A stretch of DNA of 52,496 nucleotides from a virus. Taxonomy: Duplodnaviria; Caudoviricetes. The translations under genes were made by a program, and so were the position numbers. The stretch is taken from IMG/VR virus record IMGVR_UViG_3300020131_000006, positions 1 through 52,496 of that record. One strand, written 5' to 3'. Shown here one piece after another: positions 19,801-28,786 of the stretch. Each line of letters opens with the position of its first letter. Position 1 is the first letter of the stretch. The notes under the pieces were generated by a model. The model had not been told where the DNA came from, searched no databases, and saw only the letters and a list, made by a program, of their open reading frames with translations.

Positions 19801-20315
19801 TTCATACCAGCCCGGATACCAGCACCCTCAATTGCCAATCCAGCAATGTCAAAGAGTTGCTTCGCCGCGGCACCAGCTTCGTCAGAACCAGTAGCAGAAG
19901 ATACAGCATTAGCACCAGACTCTACTGCCTCACCAAGCTTGCCAAACATTTCAGAGACAACACCACTCTCATGAGGTTTAAAGCCTGTAGCTGTTTCAAT
20001 AGGAGCATTGAGGAACTTACCAATTCCTTCGCTAGACCAATTCTCTGCAATCTCATTAGCTTTAGCTAGGGGATTCTCTTCATTCCTTAACAGGTTGAGT
20101 ATGGAAGACCATTGGGCGACACTAACCTTAGCTGCCTGTCCGGGCAGACTCAAGATCATATCAGCAGCTTGCATGAAGTCAGAGCCAGCAGCCTTTGCTG
20201 ACTCAGCCCAATTCCCCTTAGTCTTAGAGACAGCAGGAGTTTCTTCCTTAGCAGCGAAAGGGTCAACAATGCTAGGCGCTTCAGCTTGTTGCTTAAAAGG
20301 GTCTATGATAGCCAT
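16884..20315 (-). CDS. large internal virion/DNA ejection protein
   Basis: 1143 aa, helical; YFPR motif; third of three ORFs after the nozzle. Confidence 0.65.
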   Translation of the reverse strand: MAIIDPFKQQAEAPSIVDPFAAKEETPAVSKTKGNWAESAKAAGSDFMQAADMILSLPGQAAKVSVAQWSSILNLLRNEENPLAKANEIAENWSSEGIGKFLNAPIETATGFKPHESGVVSEMFGKLGEAVESGANAVSSATGSDEAGAAAKQLFDIAGLAIEGAGIRAGMKYDGKANQTIDDLVHEIRKEEAVADTPAAASAPVGDVKIIDPMAEGLNPQQWAEIHSKTEGMELESMPKKAEPVKDTGPLEWEIVDPATLRTQQGELPLTDMERVNYKDHATPEQGIEHVQRIPTDVTQTKGTEILQESLFPHDRSRTSPNKGKFGQGGSVDPKVFEEAFMKLFNKTDEGTSTTNNASGESAASVEAINRLAQQNAAGISMWEVDPNTNQLIPLKTADRVDKRAQKGKAIVQRSKDGKLTIIENNSGFNDTALTNRSQYLINQDFLRSKAPLGGTGKKGFGQGGAVGFGGGKKTPPSLEKRIRSMSKEDFRGAFAEKYPEYVNRPEVADRVYDTFQSKLKQPSDFGNSKLAKGLDKGLGVLSTRIGNISQNVLHRAIKFEEGILKNTHKKIGEVDDFILGIGKLDKEAQARFNTALINNDIPAITALAKEYNITGFDRVRQVLKETGVELQKAGRLGDMRQDYFPRIVTDIDGLKKVLGAESRNALETRLLEAERKFIGRGEPFTDEARTKIINQYFRNTANPSYKPGFSKTRVLNEVPEEFHQFYATPAEALHTYLRNAVQEIETSKFFGREAIRDPETGKVNIDQSIGNVVLEELKRGKIKGDQASELESMLRSRFGPGNRSSNSIVQGVKDVANLGLLGNFISAGTQLGDVAMSVYLNGLRPTLMAAIQMAGGISKVNMKDFGLLDHISEEFVSTSTTSRLLNSVFKYSGFSAIDRLGKNTVLNGTLNRALADAKTPKGIENLRREWEPRFGEEFPQLLEDLQRGELTDTVQTMLFSKLSKMQPITKLELPQKYLDMPNGRIVYMLKSFMLKQMDVVRNDFYNELQKGNVRTALGNITKYAATMGIAGATTQYIKDWLLGRDVDPELDDIPLNILKTFGWSEYAGNKIKRGAIGEAIGDVALPPYKMFDQLFKDALAEDPTYKSLNYFPVVGRMLYSWNLGGAEEYNRELFYKQIRGDE

Positions 20316-21416
20316 TTACTTCCCGTATGTTTGGGTATAATATGCAACTAGTTGTTCTTCTGGAACGCCCGGATTAGCTTTCTTTGCAGCCACTAACCAC
20401 TCATCTTGTGATGGAGCAGTTGGTGGTTTCTTACCATTAGCTCCAGAATACTTACTAGAGAAGTAACCATCCTCTTCTAAACTACCGAAGATTTCCTCAC
20501 GAGCCATTTGTAGAGCCTCTGCCTGATCAGCAGCCTCTCCAGAGGAATAGAGTTCTGCGGCTCGATAATAAACATCACGAGCTGCTTGAAGTTTTTGTCC
20601 GGGTGGTAAATCATCAAAGAGATCATTATTCGCCGCTAGAGTTTGTACTTCCATTTCAACAGATTTGGCAGTAGGTTCTTTCATCTTACGAGCGGTAGAT
20701 TCTACCTTAGCCCGTTGACGTTCTTCACGTTGTCTTGCTATTCTAAGATTCTCTTCACGAGCTTTCTGTTTAGATTCATTCTCAGTTGCCTGAAGATCAT
20801 GAGCACGTTTAGTTTCCTCAATCTGAATCTTCTTAAGATAGTTGTCAGAAGCAATTTTACGATTCTCCCACCAAGACTTAGCTTCAGGACTCCATGTACG
20901 ATACTTCTCAGGAACAGCTACACCAAGTTTAGCCAGTGCAGGAATCGCTTCCTCTAGGGATGCTTGGTCGGTAATACCAGCAGCAATATCTCCCTGCATT
21001 TCTACCTTAGCTTTTTGAATCTGCATCTTTTGAAGTTCTGTGGTAATGGCACTAGTCTTGTAGGACTGACCTTGTTTAATTAAATCTAAACCAGTCTTAG
21101 GGTCAGTTCCAATGATAGCCTTACCAGCAGCAATAGATTGTTCTGCCAGAGCTGCATCACCATCAATACTCATCTGAGTACCTTGGTTCTTAGCAAAAGC
21201 TTGTTGAAGCATGGCGGAAGTGTAGTCTTCCCTAGCCATTTTACGCAGCAGTTCCTCTCTCTGTGCTTGACGCATAAGATTCTGAGAACCTACTTCCTCT
21301 GCTTGAAGACCCAACCGTTGCTCATCATTAGCTAATTGTTGGTCGCCTTGTGCCAGCTTTCGAAGGGCTACTGTACCCTCTAAAAGACCTGAATGAAAAC
21401 CTAAACCATGGGCCAT
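20316..21416 (-). CDS. internal virion/ejection protein
   Basis: Gln/Ala/Lys-rich coiled coil; position. Confidence 0.55.
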   Translation of the reverse strand: MAHGLGFHSGLLEGTVALRKLAQGDQQLANDEQRLGLQAEEVGSQNLMRQAQREELLRKMAREDYTSAMLQQAFAKNQGTQMSIDGDAALAEQSIAAGKAIIGTDPKTGLDLIKQGQSYKTSAITTELQKMQIQKAKVEMQGDIAAGITDQASLEEAIPALAKLGVAVPEKYRTWSPEAKSWWENRKIASDNYLKKIQIEETKRAHDLQATENESKQKAREENLRIARQREERQRAKVESTARKMKEPTAKSVEMEVQTLAANNDLFDDLPPGQKLQAARDVYYRAAELYSSGEAADQAEALQMAREEIFGSLEEDGYFSSKYSGANGKKPPTAPSQDEWLVAAKKANPGVPEEQLVAYYTQTYGK

Positions 21417-21428
21417 CTAATTCTCCAA

Positions 21429-22097
21429 TTAACCGAAGCTATAACCTGCATATACATCTTTAGGTGGATTCATTGATCTAGCAATACCTGCTTGATAATT
21501 TGAATTGTCTGCAACCTCTTGGTCAGCCTTTGACTTAGCTAAACCAACACCCGCATTACCAACACCAGCTAGTTCCATCAAGCGACCCATAGAACTATTG
21601 TACTGATCTTCTACACCACCCATAGCTTTGAGCAGTCGGTCGAACTGAGCACCATATTCTGTAGAGGCCATATTCTGACCACGTTCTTGTAACTCGACAG
21701 CAGCATTACCACTATTCAGCAACCCACGCGCACCTAAGCTACGCTCAAGCATACGCTGGCCTTCGTCAAAACGCCATTGATAACTTGGGTCATCTGGGGA
21801 GAATTCTCCCATAGTCATTTGCTGTAGCCTGTCACGGTAAATATCTGATGGATCATTACCAGCCATATTAGCTAGTTTATCAGCAGCACCACCTCGATAA
21901 TAACCCCACGGGTCTATTGAACGTTGTTGTTCCATTGCACCACGCTGGTTGGCAAAGTTAGCAGCCTGACTTCCAGCCAGAGAGTTTCCATCACCCATGT
22001 ATCCGAAAGACTGACGTTGTAACTCTAGGAGTTTGTTTCTATCAGTAGTATAGTCACCAGCAGGTGTAAAATTTAATGGGGCTGTTGGTCTAGCCAT
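21429..22097 (-). CDS. DNA ejection/pilot protein
   Basis: PSYQWRFDEG..LERS..ARGLLNSG..GQ..AS motif typical of podovirus pilot proteins. Confidence 0.65.
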   Translation of the reverse strand: MARPTAPLNFTPAGDYTTDRNKLLELQRQSFGYMGDGNSLAGSQAANFANQRGAMEQQRSIDPWGYYRGGAADKLANMAGNDPSDIYRDRLQQMTMGEFSPDDPSYQWRFDEGQRMLERSLGARGLLNSGNAAVELQERGQNMASTEYGAQFDRLLKAMGGVEDQYNSSMGRLMELAGVGNAGVGLAKSKADQEVADNSNYQAGIARSMNPPKDVYAGYSFG

Positions 22098-23432
22098 TTA
22101 GTTTGTTCCTTCTAAGAAAGATGGTTCTAATGCCTCTAATCTAAGAGGACAAGTATCATGATGACGTATTTCATAAGCTCTACGTCTTGCTCGTCCCATA
22201 CGAGACAACATACTCTTATCTCTATTCAAATCAACAGCGCGGTACTTAGACCAATTCTGGTAGTCGTCGTCGGTGTATCTTAAGTAAGCGAAAGACTCTA
22301 CCTTATCTCCAACAATTTCAATCTGAGAAGTGAATTTCTCTTTGGTACTTCCTGCATCAAACTTAAATGTTCGAATTAGAACATCAATGGGATTGCCATT
22401 ATCCGCGTACGTACCATTATCAATCATAAAGATGTAACCTGTGGTGCTGTCTTGAACGAAGTCAATGTTGTCACCAGAGGTATAGGAAGCTATAGCGAAA
22501 GGCTCTTTATCATAGCCAAACAGAGTACCAAGAACAGTTGCAGTACCGGGATTATCTAGCAAAGCATAGCTAAAGGTATTAGCATCAATGTACGAAATGG
22601 TATGAGAACCATTATATTGTTGTGGAGTACAGCCAGTAATAACTACTCTATCACCATCAGCAAAACCATGATTGGTAAGAGTTACAGTTACAGAACGATT
22701 ACTCCAAACAAGACCGCCAATGTTCTGAGAGTCTTGTGGGATGCAAACAGACCACGTGGCAAATTGCTGTGTGGTTACATCGTAGACTAGAGTAATACCT
22801 ACTGTACCTAAGTAAAGAACATAGAACACATGACCAGAAATACGAATACAGAAGGCAGTAACATTCTGCATATCATCTTTATTCAGTATACGATCAATGA
22901 ATGGGTTAGACAGATACTCAGGATTAGTCCCCACAAACCTATAAATACCACGACCCTTCTGTTTAGTAACACCAACAAAGAACATAGAGTTATCTGTTTG
23001 TGCTACTGTTCCTGCTGCCGCACAACCAACCTCAACTAGGGCACTGTCGTAAGGAAGCAAAGGACTTCCTGCTGCTGGAGGATTTGGATTGGAGTAGAAG
23101 AACTCAGTTGCGTAAGCCCCCATGGAAACCAAGAGGTTCAACTGACGGCCTAAATAAACACCATCATCAGGTTCCGCATGAGACTGAATTACATTAAGAG
23201 CTGACCAAGTAAGAGGGTCATTAATCTCAGAACCGAAGACAGTACCATTAGAGTTCATAACATAGTAGGTACCATCCATATACTGTATGCCCGGAACTGT
23301 GTTCGCAGGATAGTCTGGGTCAGTAATTTGTGTTACAGTAGTTCCATCGAAGTAGTACGCAGCAGTCTCAGACTTATAAACAAAGCCAACACCAGATACT
23401 GGAGATTCTTGTATGAATTCGAATGTAGCCAT
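22098..23432 (-). CDS. tail nozzle (P22 gp10-like), C-terminal part
   Basis: TQITDPDY, DGTY, AEPD, TEFF, GCAA, TLVYD, LRYTDD..NWS, R.G.ARRR; lacks the expected N-terminus; contains an inserted small beta-barrel. Confidence 0.75.
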   Translation of the reverse strand: MATFEFIQESPVSGVGFVYKSETAAYYFDGTTVTQITDPDYPANTVPGIQYMDGTYYVMNSNGTVFGSEINDPLTWSALNVIQSHAEPDDGVYLGRQLNLLVSMGAYATEFFYSNPNPPAAGSPLLPYDSALVEVGCAAAGTVAQTDNSMFFVGVTKQKGRGIYRFVGTNPEYLSNPFIDRILNKDDMQNVTAFCIRISGHVFYVLYLGTVGITLVYDVTTQQFATWSVCIPQDSQNIGGLVWSNRSVTVTLTNHGFADGDRVVITGCTPQQYNGSHTISYIDANTFSYALLDNPGTATVLGTLFGYDKEPFAIASYTSGDNIDFVQDSTTGYIFMIDNGTYADNGNPIDVLIRTFKFDAGSTKEKFTSQIEIVGDKVESFAYLRYTDDDYQNWSKYRAVDLNRDKSMLSRMGRARRRAYEIRHHDTCPLRLEALEPSFLEGTN

Positions 23433-23435
23433 TAG

Positions 23436-24374
23436 TTATCCAATTACCCCGCTGAGAGAGCCTATGTTAGTTAAATCTCCGAAAGCATTTGTTTGCTCAT
23501 CATGAAACTCTAAAATATTTAGAGGGGATTTGTATGAGAAAAGACCGAGGAAAGTAGTCCCTTTCATAAGTTTAATTCTACTAAATGTTTCGGTGTTTAG
23601 GTATCCGGCTGTATATGTATCATTTATTTGATTAGAGTAAATATCACTTAAAACAATGAAGCCACCTTCTCTATCACCCGGTTGCCCAGTTCCAAATCCA
23701 AAGTCAGCATTAGGAAAGATAAAACCACTTTGATCTACTCCTCTAGCTACTATGGTGGCATTAGCTCCATCTACCCCATACTCAGAGTCTGGGTAGAATG
23801 CGTAAAAGACTCTGCTGCCCGGGCTTCCGGATTGGACAGGAACAGGAACAGAGTACCCACTGATAGTGCCTGTGAAGAATACTTCTGGCTCCTCTGGTAG
23901 AATCTCTGTACTGAAAACAACATTTGCCATTTCTCCGTTAACGGCTTGTCTATAAAATTCTAAACTTTCAAAATTATCTAAGGTGATAACAGAGGGATTA
24001 GCTAAAATTAAGTCACCATTTAAATAACTGTTATTCTGTAGTGGGGTTACTGACAGTTTAAAGTGAATGTTATAGTTAGATACAGGAACTTCAACAGTGT
24101 ACCCAGTGGAAATTCCGATACCAAGTGAAACTATTCCATTTCCTATAGAAAGAGTAAAGTTTTGAGTTCTAGAAGTAATATAAAGAAACTGCTCCTCATG
24201 CTCTGGAACAAACCCAACTATATCGAATTCAAAAATAAGTTCTTCTGAGGTCACAGCCTCAACTACTCCAGACACTTCAGCCGTACCCATAGTCTCTCCA
24301 GCCATATCAGCGTAAAGCTGGTAGGTGAATTGGTCAGAGTCTATTACATTAACAATATCGTATTTTTTAGCCAT
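23436..24374 (-). CDS. virion-region protein with shared KKYDIV N-terminal module (copy A)
   Basis: MAKKYDIVNVIDSDQFTYQLYADMAG... then a unique beta-rich body. Confidence 0.7.
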   Translation of the reverse strand: MAKKYDIVNVIDSDQFTYQLYADMAGETMGTAEVSGVVEAVTSEELIFEFDIVGFVPEHEEQFLYITSRTQNFTLSIGNGIVSLGIGISTGYTVEVPVSNYNIHFKLSVTPLQNNSYLNGDLILANPSVITLDNFESLEFYRQAVNGEMANVVFSTEILPEEPEVFFTGTISGYSVPVPVQSGSPGSRVFYAFYPDSEYGVDGANATIVARGVDQSGFIFPNADFGFGTGQPGDREGGFIVLSDIYSNQINDTYTAGYLNTETFSRIKLMKGTTFLGLFSYKSPLNILEFHDEQTNAFGDLTNIGSLSGVIG

Positions 24375-24724
24375 TAAGAGAACTTAATTGTCTGTCCGGG
24401 TTTTAGTGGAAGAAGACCTTCTTGAAAGTCAGTGTAAAATATAATGTTACGATATGTAAAAGCTTCAGTAGAAGGTAGGGAAAGTGTTACTACATTACCC
24501 ACGACATTCGTTACACTAGTTCCAGAACGAAGACCATTAGCGTAGACATATAAACCAATCGAAATTCCAGAGCCAGAATTTACTGTTAGGGAAGTGGAAG
24601 CGTCAGCTATGGTTCCAATCCTAGAGATTGCTGGTGGTGGTATAATCTCAAACTGAGTATATTGTTCCCTATTAAAGATGTTATCTGAAATAGTAACTAA
24701 TTGTAGTTCTTCATCTGTAGGCAT
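24374..24724 (-). CDS. putative tail-associated protein
   Basis: G..V..NG..SGT.VT.V.G..VTLS beta motif; TAATG coupling. Confidence 0.6.
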   Translation of the reverse strand: MPTDEELQLVTISDNIFNREQYTQFEIIPPPAISRIGTIADASTSLTVNSGSGISIGLYVYANGLRSGTSVTNVVGNVVTLSLPSTEAFTYRNIIFYTDFQEGLLPLKPGQTIKFS

Positions 24725-25140
24725 TATTCCTCCAGTACTTCAAGAGAACTCACTGGGATGCGTGGGATTAGGGAAATGTCAATCTCTACAGGACCATCAG
24801 TAATCTCAGCGAAATATAGAAGAGTGCCTGCACCAGTAGCGGCTGTACCTATACCAAAATAGGTTACTTCAACTGCTGGTTCTGCTTCACATTGTGGGAA
24901 CTCAATCTCCGCGGTATTGCTAATGGAGTTAGCATTGACAGTGAAGCCACCACTATTTCTAGTAACAGCTACGCGCTCATATCCTTCGTAATCCACTTCA
25001 TTAGTGGTTTGATCTCCAGCCACAGTTGGAGTATCTGTATGCAAAGAGATATATAGATTGGTATTAGCATTCCAAGGAAGTGCTGTCCCATTAAAAAGAA
25101 GGGTAACTAACTGCGTCCCAAACACTACGGTTTTTGGCAT
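24724..25140 (-). CDS. conserved phage tail-associated protein
   Basis: LYISLHT.TP, NEV.Y.GY.RVAV, N...IEFP, VTYFGIG...G.LLY. Confidence 0.65.
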   Translation of the reverse strand: MPKTVVFGTQLVTLLFNGTALPWNANTNLYISLHTDTPTVAGDQTTNEVDYEGYERVAVTRNSGGFTVNANSISNTAEIEFPQCEAEPAVEVTYFGIGTAATGAGTLLYFAEITDGPVEIDISLIPRIPVSSLEVLEE

Positions 25141-25445
25141 TATATATAATCCTCATTACTGATAACTACACTCTGAGCACCAAACATATTTCCGCTAGGG
25201 ATGAAGCCACCTAAGATGCCGGGGTTAGTTGTGACGTACCAGACGGTACCATTGTGATAAAAGATACCTCGATTGAGTCCTGTGGTAACACCATCAGAAC
25301 CCATTACAAAGCCGGGCCTCTTAACTGCAAAAATAGCCCCATAGGGATTCTTCTCAACAAAGGCATTCTGTAACAAAGCATCTTTGTCTAGGTTAGCATC
25401 ACGAGGCTCTGTTGGGACACCAAGCTCTAAACGTTTTCTTTCCAA
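25140..25445 (-). CDS. probable N-terminal part of the tail nozzle
   Basis: RD....DA...NAFVE....KRPG....RG resembles the gp10-family N-terminus; TTG start. Confidence 0.55.
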   Translation of the reverse strand: MERKRLELGVPTEPRDANLDKDALLQNAFVEKNPYGAIFAVKRPGFVMGSDGVTTGLNRGIFYHNGTVWYVTTNPGILGGFIPSGNMFGAQSVVISNEDYI

Positions 25446-26438
25446 TTAAGTATCCCTCTTTTTATACACAGATATTAAAGTCTCTTCTCCAGAAGGAAGA
25501 CCGAGAACATAAATGCTTCCATTGATGTACCCCATCACTCCAGAAGTTATCAGTGGCATTTCTTCAGGGGTCAGGATATGTTCTATAGGAGCTGAAGCAC
25601 CATCTGGAATTTCCAGTAAAACATTGGTATTGTTAGTTCTTCCAAAAATGTAATTAGTTGTGCCTATTTTAGTTTTGAATTGTCCAAAGACAGAACCACC
25701 AGAGCTAGTCCAATAGAGACTCCAGTTAGTCCCATCAGAAGTCTTCCAAATGTCACCACCATTTGCTCCGAAAACTCTCATAACATATAAGTTATTAGTA
25801 TCCTCGAACCAAATACCGGAATTACCTACTGTCGGCAGCCCTACAGTTTCGTGCCAATCCCCACTCTTAGTTGTCCAGTCCATTCTCCACATGTCATTAG
25901 TAAATGAATCATTTGGAAGTGTGTACATGTAATTATTAAAAACTACATGTTCTCTAGAATCAAACCAGTCAGGAGCATTTCCAGATACACGACTCCAAGT
26001 AGTATAGGGAGTACTAGTTTGACACCACTCGAAGTCACCAATATCTAAACTTGTAAAAGCATATAGGACAGACTCGTACTCATATGGAAATATCCCATAA
26101 TAAAGATAAGCAGTAGCGGGATAAGAGCCTGCTTCCCCCGCATTAATAGGAGTACCATTATCTAAATCAGACAAAGACCAAAGAGTAACAGTTCCATTGG
26201 GGTCTGTATCTATAAAGGTACCAATATATGCCGTATCTTCTGTATAATAATAGATTCCTATAAGATTTTCAGCCCCCAAATCAAACTGGTTAACTAGGTC
26301 AAAGATATTGGGGTCTTCGGCTTCTACAGTTCCACTAACCTCTACTGTACCTGTAGTAGTACCAGCCATATCCACATACAACTGATACGTAAACTGGTTA
26401 GGTTCTAGGAAGTTAACAATGTCATACTTTTTTACCAT
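25446..26438 (-). CDS. virion-region protein with shared KKYDIV module (copy B), beta-propeller-like body
   Basis: MVKKYDIVNFLEPNQFTYQLYVDMAG...; Asp-box-like WKTSDGTNW. Confidence 0.7.
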   Translation of the reverse strand: MVKKYDIVNFLEPNQFTYQLYVDMAGTTTGTVEVSGTVEAEDPNIFDLVNQFDLGAENLIGIYYYTEDTAYIGTFIDTDPNGTVTLWSLSDLDNGTPINAGEAGSYPATAYLYYGIFPYEYESVLYAFTSLDIGDFEWCQTSTPYTTWSRVSGNAPDWFDSREHVVFNNYMYTLPNDSFTNDMWRMDWTTKSGDWHETVGLPTVGNSGIWFEDTNNLYVMRVFGANGGDIWKTSDGTNWSLYWTSSGGSVFGQFKTKIGTTNYIFGRTNNTNVLLEIPDGASAPIEHILTPEEMPLITSGVMGYINGSIYVLGLPSGEETLISVYKKRDT

Positions 26439-27376
26439 TGGGTACGAATAGTTCCACGGTGATCTGGAGTAAAGAATACACCAGCTTCTTCTTGAGAGAA
26501 GTCCATGCAGTCATTCAGATACATTTCTGCTCTAGCTTGAATACGCATAATTTTATTCTCAGCAACTTCATACTCTTCACTCAACTCATTAGCCAAGTTC
26601 CACTTGAGAGCTTGGAACCATTCTTGGGGGAAGTCGAAGTTCTGAGTGCCTTCAGACATATCTTGGAACTGACGTTGTACGGTAATGTAGATAACAGAAC
26701 CATCTGCTGCCGGTACGTTATAGACATACATTAAACCATTGATTAACTGAGTGTCGTAGTAGTATTGAGTAGGGACACCAGCAGAGGATTTATTACCAAG
26801 GATGTTGTATTCTTGTTGGGATATAGCAAACAGAGTAGTGTCAAAGTTCTCTGTGTTTCTGATGTAACCATCAATGATACGTAGAGGTCTGGACATAGTA
26901 AGTCCTGCCACTATAGCAGTACCAGCAGCATTGGTACCCCCACCACTGAATGTTACAGTAGGTGCTGAGGTATATGAGTTACCACCATTTGTAATAGTTA
27001 CAGATTGGATAACACCACCAGATGCTGTATATGTACCAGTAGCACCAAGACCACCACCAGTAAAGGTAACAGTGCCGGAATTTGGATAGCCAGTTCCGCC
27101 ATTGGTAATATCTACTCGATAAATGTAACCAGCAGTAGGACCTATAGGATAGACACCTAAACCACTAAGCATAGGAACAGCAATACGTTCATATACCCAT
27201 AGAGGGAAACCCTTCTTAACCCAACTCTTAAGCATGATATTTAGAGCTTCAGAGCAATTAGCATAATCCTCTGTCTCTGCGGTTTGACCTGAGCCGATAA
27301 CAGTCAAGAGTCTTAAGGCAGCATCAATAATCTCATCGCGTGTTACGGTAAATGAATATGTTCCTGAAGTTGCCAT
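26432..27376 (-). CDS. head-tail adaptor with inserted Gly-rich domain
   Basis: MATSGT..F..RDEII..ALR, ALN.ML..W, G.PTQYYY, FPQEW..AL.WNLA. Confidence 0.7.
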   Translation of the reverse strand: MATSGTYSFTVTRDEIIDAALRLLTVIGSGQTAETEDYANCSEALNIMLKSWVKKGFPLWVYERIAVPMLSGLGVYPIGPTAGYIYRVDITNGGTGYPNSGTVTFTGGGLGATGTYTASGGVIQSVTITNGGNSYTSAPTVTFSGGGTNAAGTAIVAGLTMSRPLRIIDGYIRNTENFDTTLFAISQQEYNILGNKSSAGVPTQYYYDTQLINGLMYVYNVPAADGSVIYITVQRQFQDMSEGTQNFDFPQEWFQALKWNLANELSEEYEVAENKIMRIQARAEMYLNDCMDFSQEEAGVFFTPDHRGTIRTQW

Positions 27377-27377
27377 A

Positions 27378-28235
27378 TTAGCCTATTGTAATATTTGTAA
27401 GTGTGTTTGGTGCAGATGGGCTACTTAAAAGTAAAGTAAGTGTGCCGGAAAGAACATTAGCTGTATTAGCTATCTCAACTCCATTCCTAAAGAAATAGAT
27501 AGTTGTTCCATTCTGACTTGCTTGGAACTCACCTTCTGGACTTAATGTTTGGGTTAGATCATAAGCTATGGCACCAGCTAAAACTAAGGCTGTTCTTACT
27601 GCTGTGGTCGTGAGTATGAAAGCTACGTAATTTGAGAAGTTTGGACCTATGTATATTGCAGTAGTTGCTGTTGGAAGTCCTGTGGATGTAAATGTTGCAA
27701 TATTGTCAAGTTCTGGAACAGGAGCTTCTGCTACAATATAATTGGTTTTAGTTTCAGTATCAGAACCACCGGGACCTGTTACAGTTAGAGAGACTGTATA
27801 CTCACCAGCTTCTATGTATTCGTGAGTAGGATTCTCTAAGGTGCTTTCTGACTCATCACCAAAGTTCCACAAATAACTTGAGATTGACCCGGTACTTTCG
27901 TTGGTGAAAGTTACTGTAAATGGAACTGTATCTCCCAAAGGATTTCCAGAGAAAGCCGCTACTGGAGGTTCTCCTACTGGTGCTGTAGGGTCCCAAGGTT
28001 CTAGAGACTGAGCCCCCGAAGTAAACTCATCAGGAGCTTCTGGTCTTGATAGAACTGGTCTGGAATCATCTAGAACTCCACGAACAAAGTCCTGCGGTTG
28101 TCTAGGTTCCCAACATCTTTTGCATGTCCAAATACCGTCCCACTGTTTTGCTAACTGATGGGCCTTATACTTTTTGCCACACATATCACAGATGACATTA
28201 TTGGACCCATCTAAATAATAATCTGCTCTGCCCAT
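27378..28235 (-). CDS. Cys4 phage protein fused to a PKD (Ig-like) domain
   Basis: CDMCG...WDG..C..CWEPRQPQ, then PVAAF...V.FTN.STG....WNFGD....NPTH.Y...G.Y.V.LTV. Confidence 0.75.
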   Translation of the reverse strand: MGRADYYLDGSNNVICDMCGKKYKAHQLAKQWDGIWTCKRCWEPRQPQDFVRGVLDDSRPVLSRPEAPDEFTSGAQSLEPWDPTAPVGEPPVAAFSGNPLGDTVPFTVTFTNESTGSISSYLWNFGDESESTLENPTHEYIEAGEYTVSLTVTGPGGSDTETKTNYIVAEAPVPELDNIATFTSTGLPTATTAIYIGPNFSNYVAFILTTTAVRTALVLAGAIAYDLTQTLSPEGEFQASQNGTTIYFFRNGVEIANTANVLSGTLTLLLSSPSAPNTLTNITIG

Positions 28236-28243
28236 TTAAGTTC

Positions 28244-28786
28244 CTAAGACGTATATTGAAGATTTGTAACAAATACTTGTTCAGGATTAGATTCAAAAGC
28301 ATCCAAGGGTGATACTGGCACAGTAACTGTGTTATTAGAGCTTGTTATTGAACAAACGACAACACCATCTTGTGATAGAGTGTAGGTATTTCCTATCTTT
28401 TCAACTAAGATATTTCTAGTCCCATATGCCGAAACACCAGTATCTATAATGAAAGAATCCTCATCTTCAATAATACCATTAATAAATCTGCGAAGTCTTA
28501 ATTGGCTATTTACCGTTGCTCCTCTAGTAGTCTGAAAGTAGGCTTCTAAGTAATTAGAAGAAGCATAACCATCATAATACTCCCTAATCCAAGCAGCTCT
28601 AACAGAACCTCCTGCGGTAACATTTGAGGTAATTGTATATGAGAAATTTCTAAACTCCAATGGAGGGGAATCAACTACTCCAGTGACTTCGGATGTTCCA
28701 GTGGTAGTTCCTGACATATCGGTATAGAGTTGGTACGTAAAAGCATCAGAATCTATCACACTGACTATGTCATATTTCTTAGCCAC
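28244..28786 (-). CDS. virion-region protein with shared KKYDIV module (copy C)
   Basis: GTG start overlapping the upstream TAG; MAKKYDIVSVIDSDAFTYQLYTDMSG... Confidence 0.7.
   Translation of the reverse strand: MAKKYDIVSVIDSDAFTYQLYTDMSGTTTGTSEVTGVVDSPPLEFRNFSYTITSNVTAGGSVRAAWIREYYDGYASSNYLEAYFQTTRGATVNSQLRLRRFINGIIEDEDSFIIDTGVSAYGTRNILVEKIGNTYTLSQDGVVVCSITSSNNTVTVPVSPLDAFESNPEQVFVTNLQYTS

Noticed and set aside
23436-28786. Diversity-generating retroelement or invertase shufflon behind the repeated module
   Set aside because: No reverse transcriptase or recombinase; the repeats are synonymously diverged, in the same orientation and not adenine-specific.
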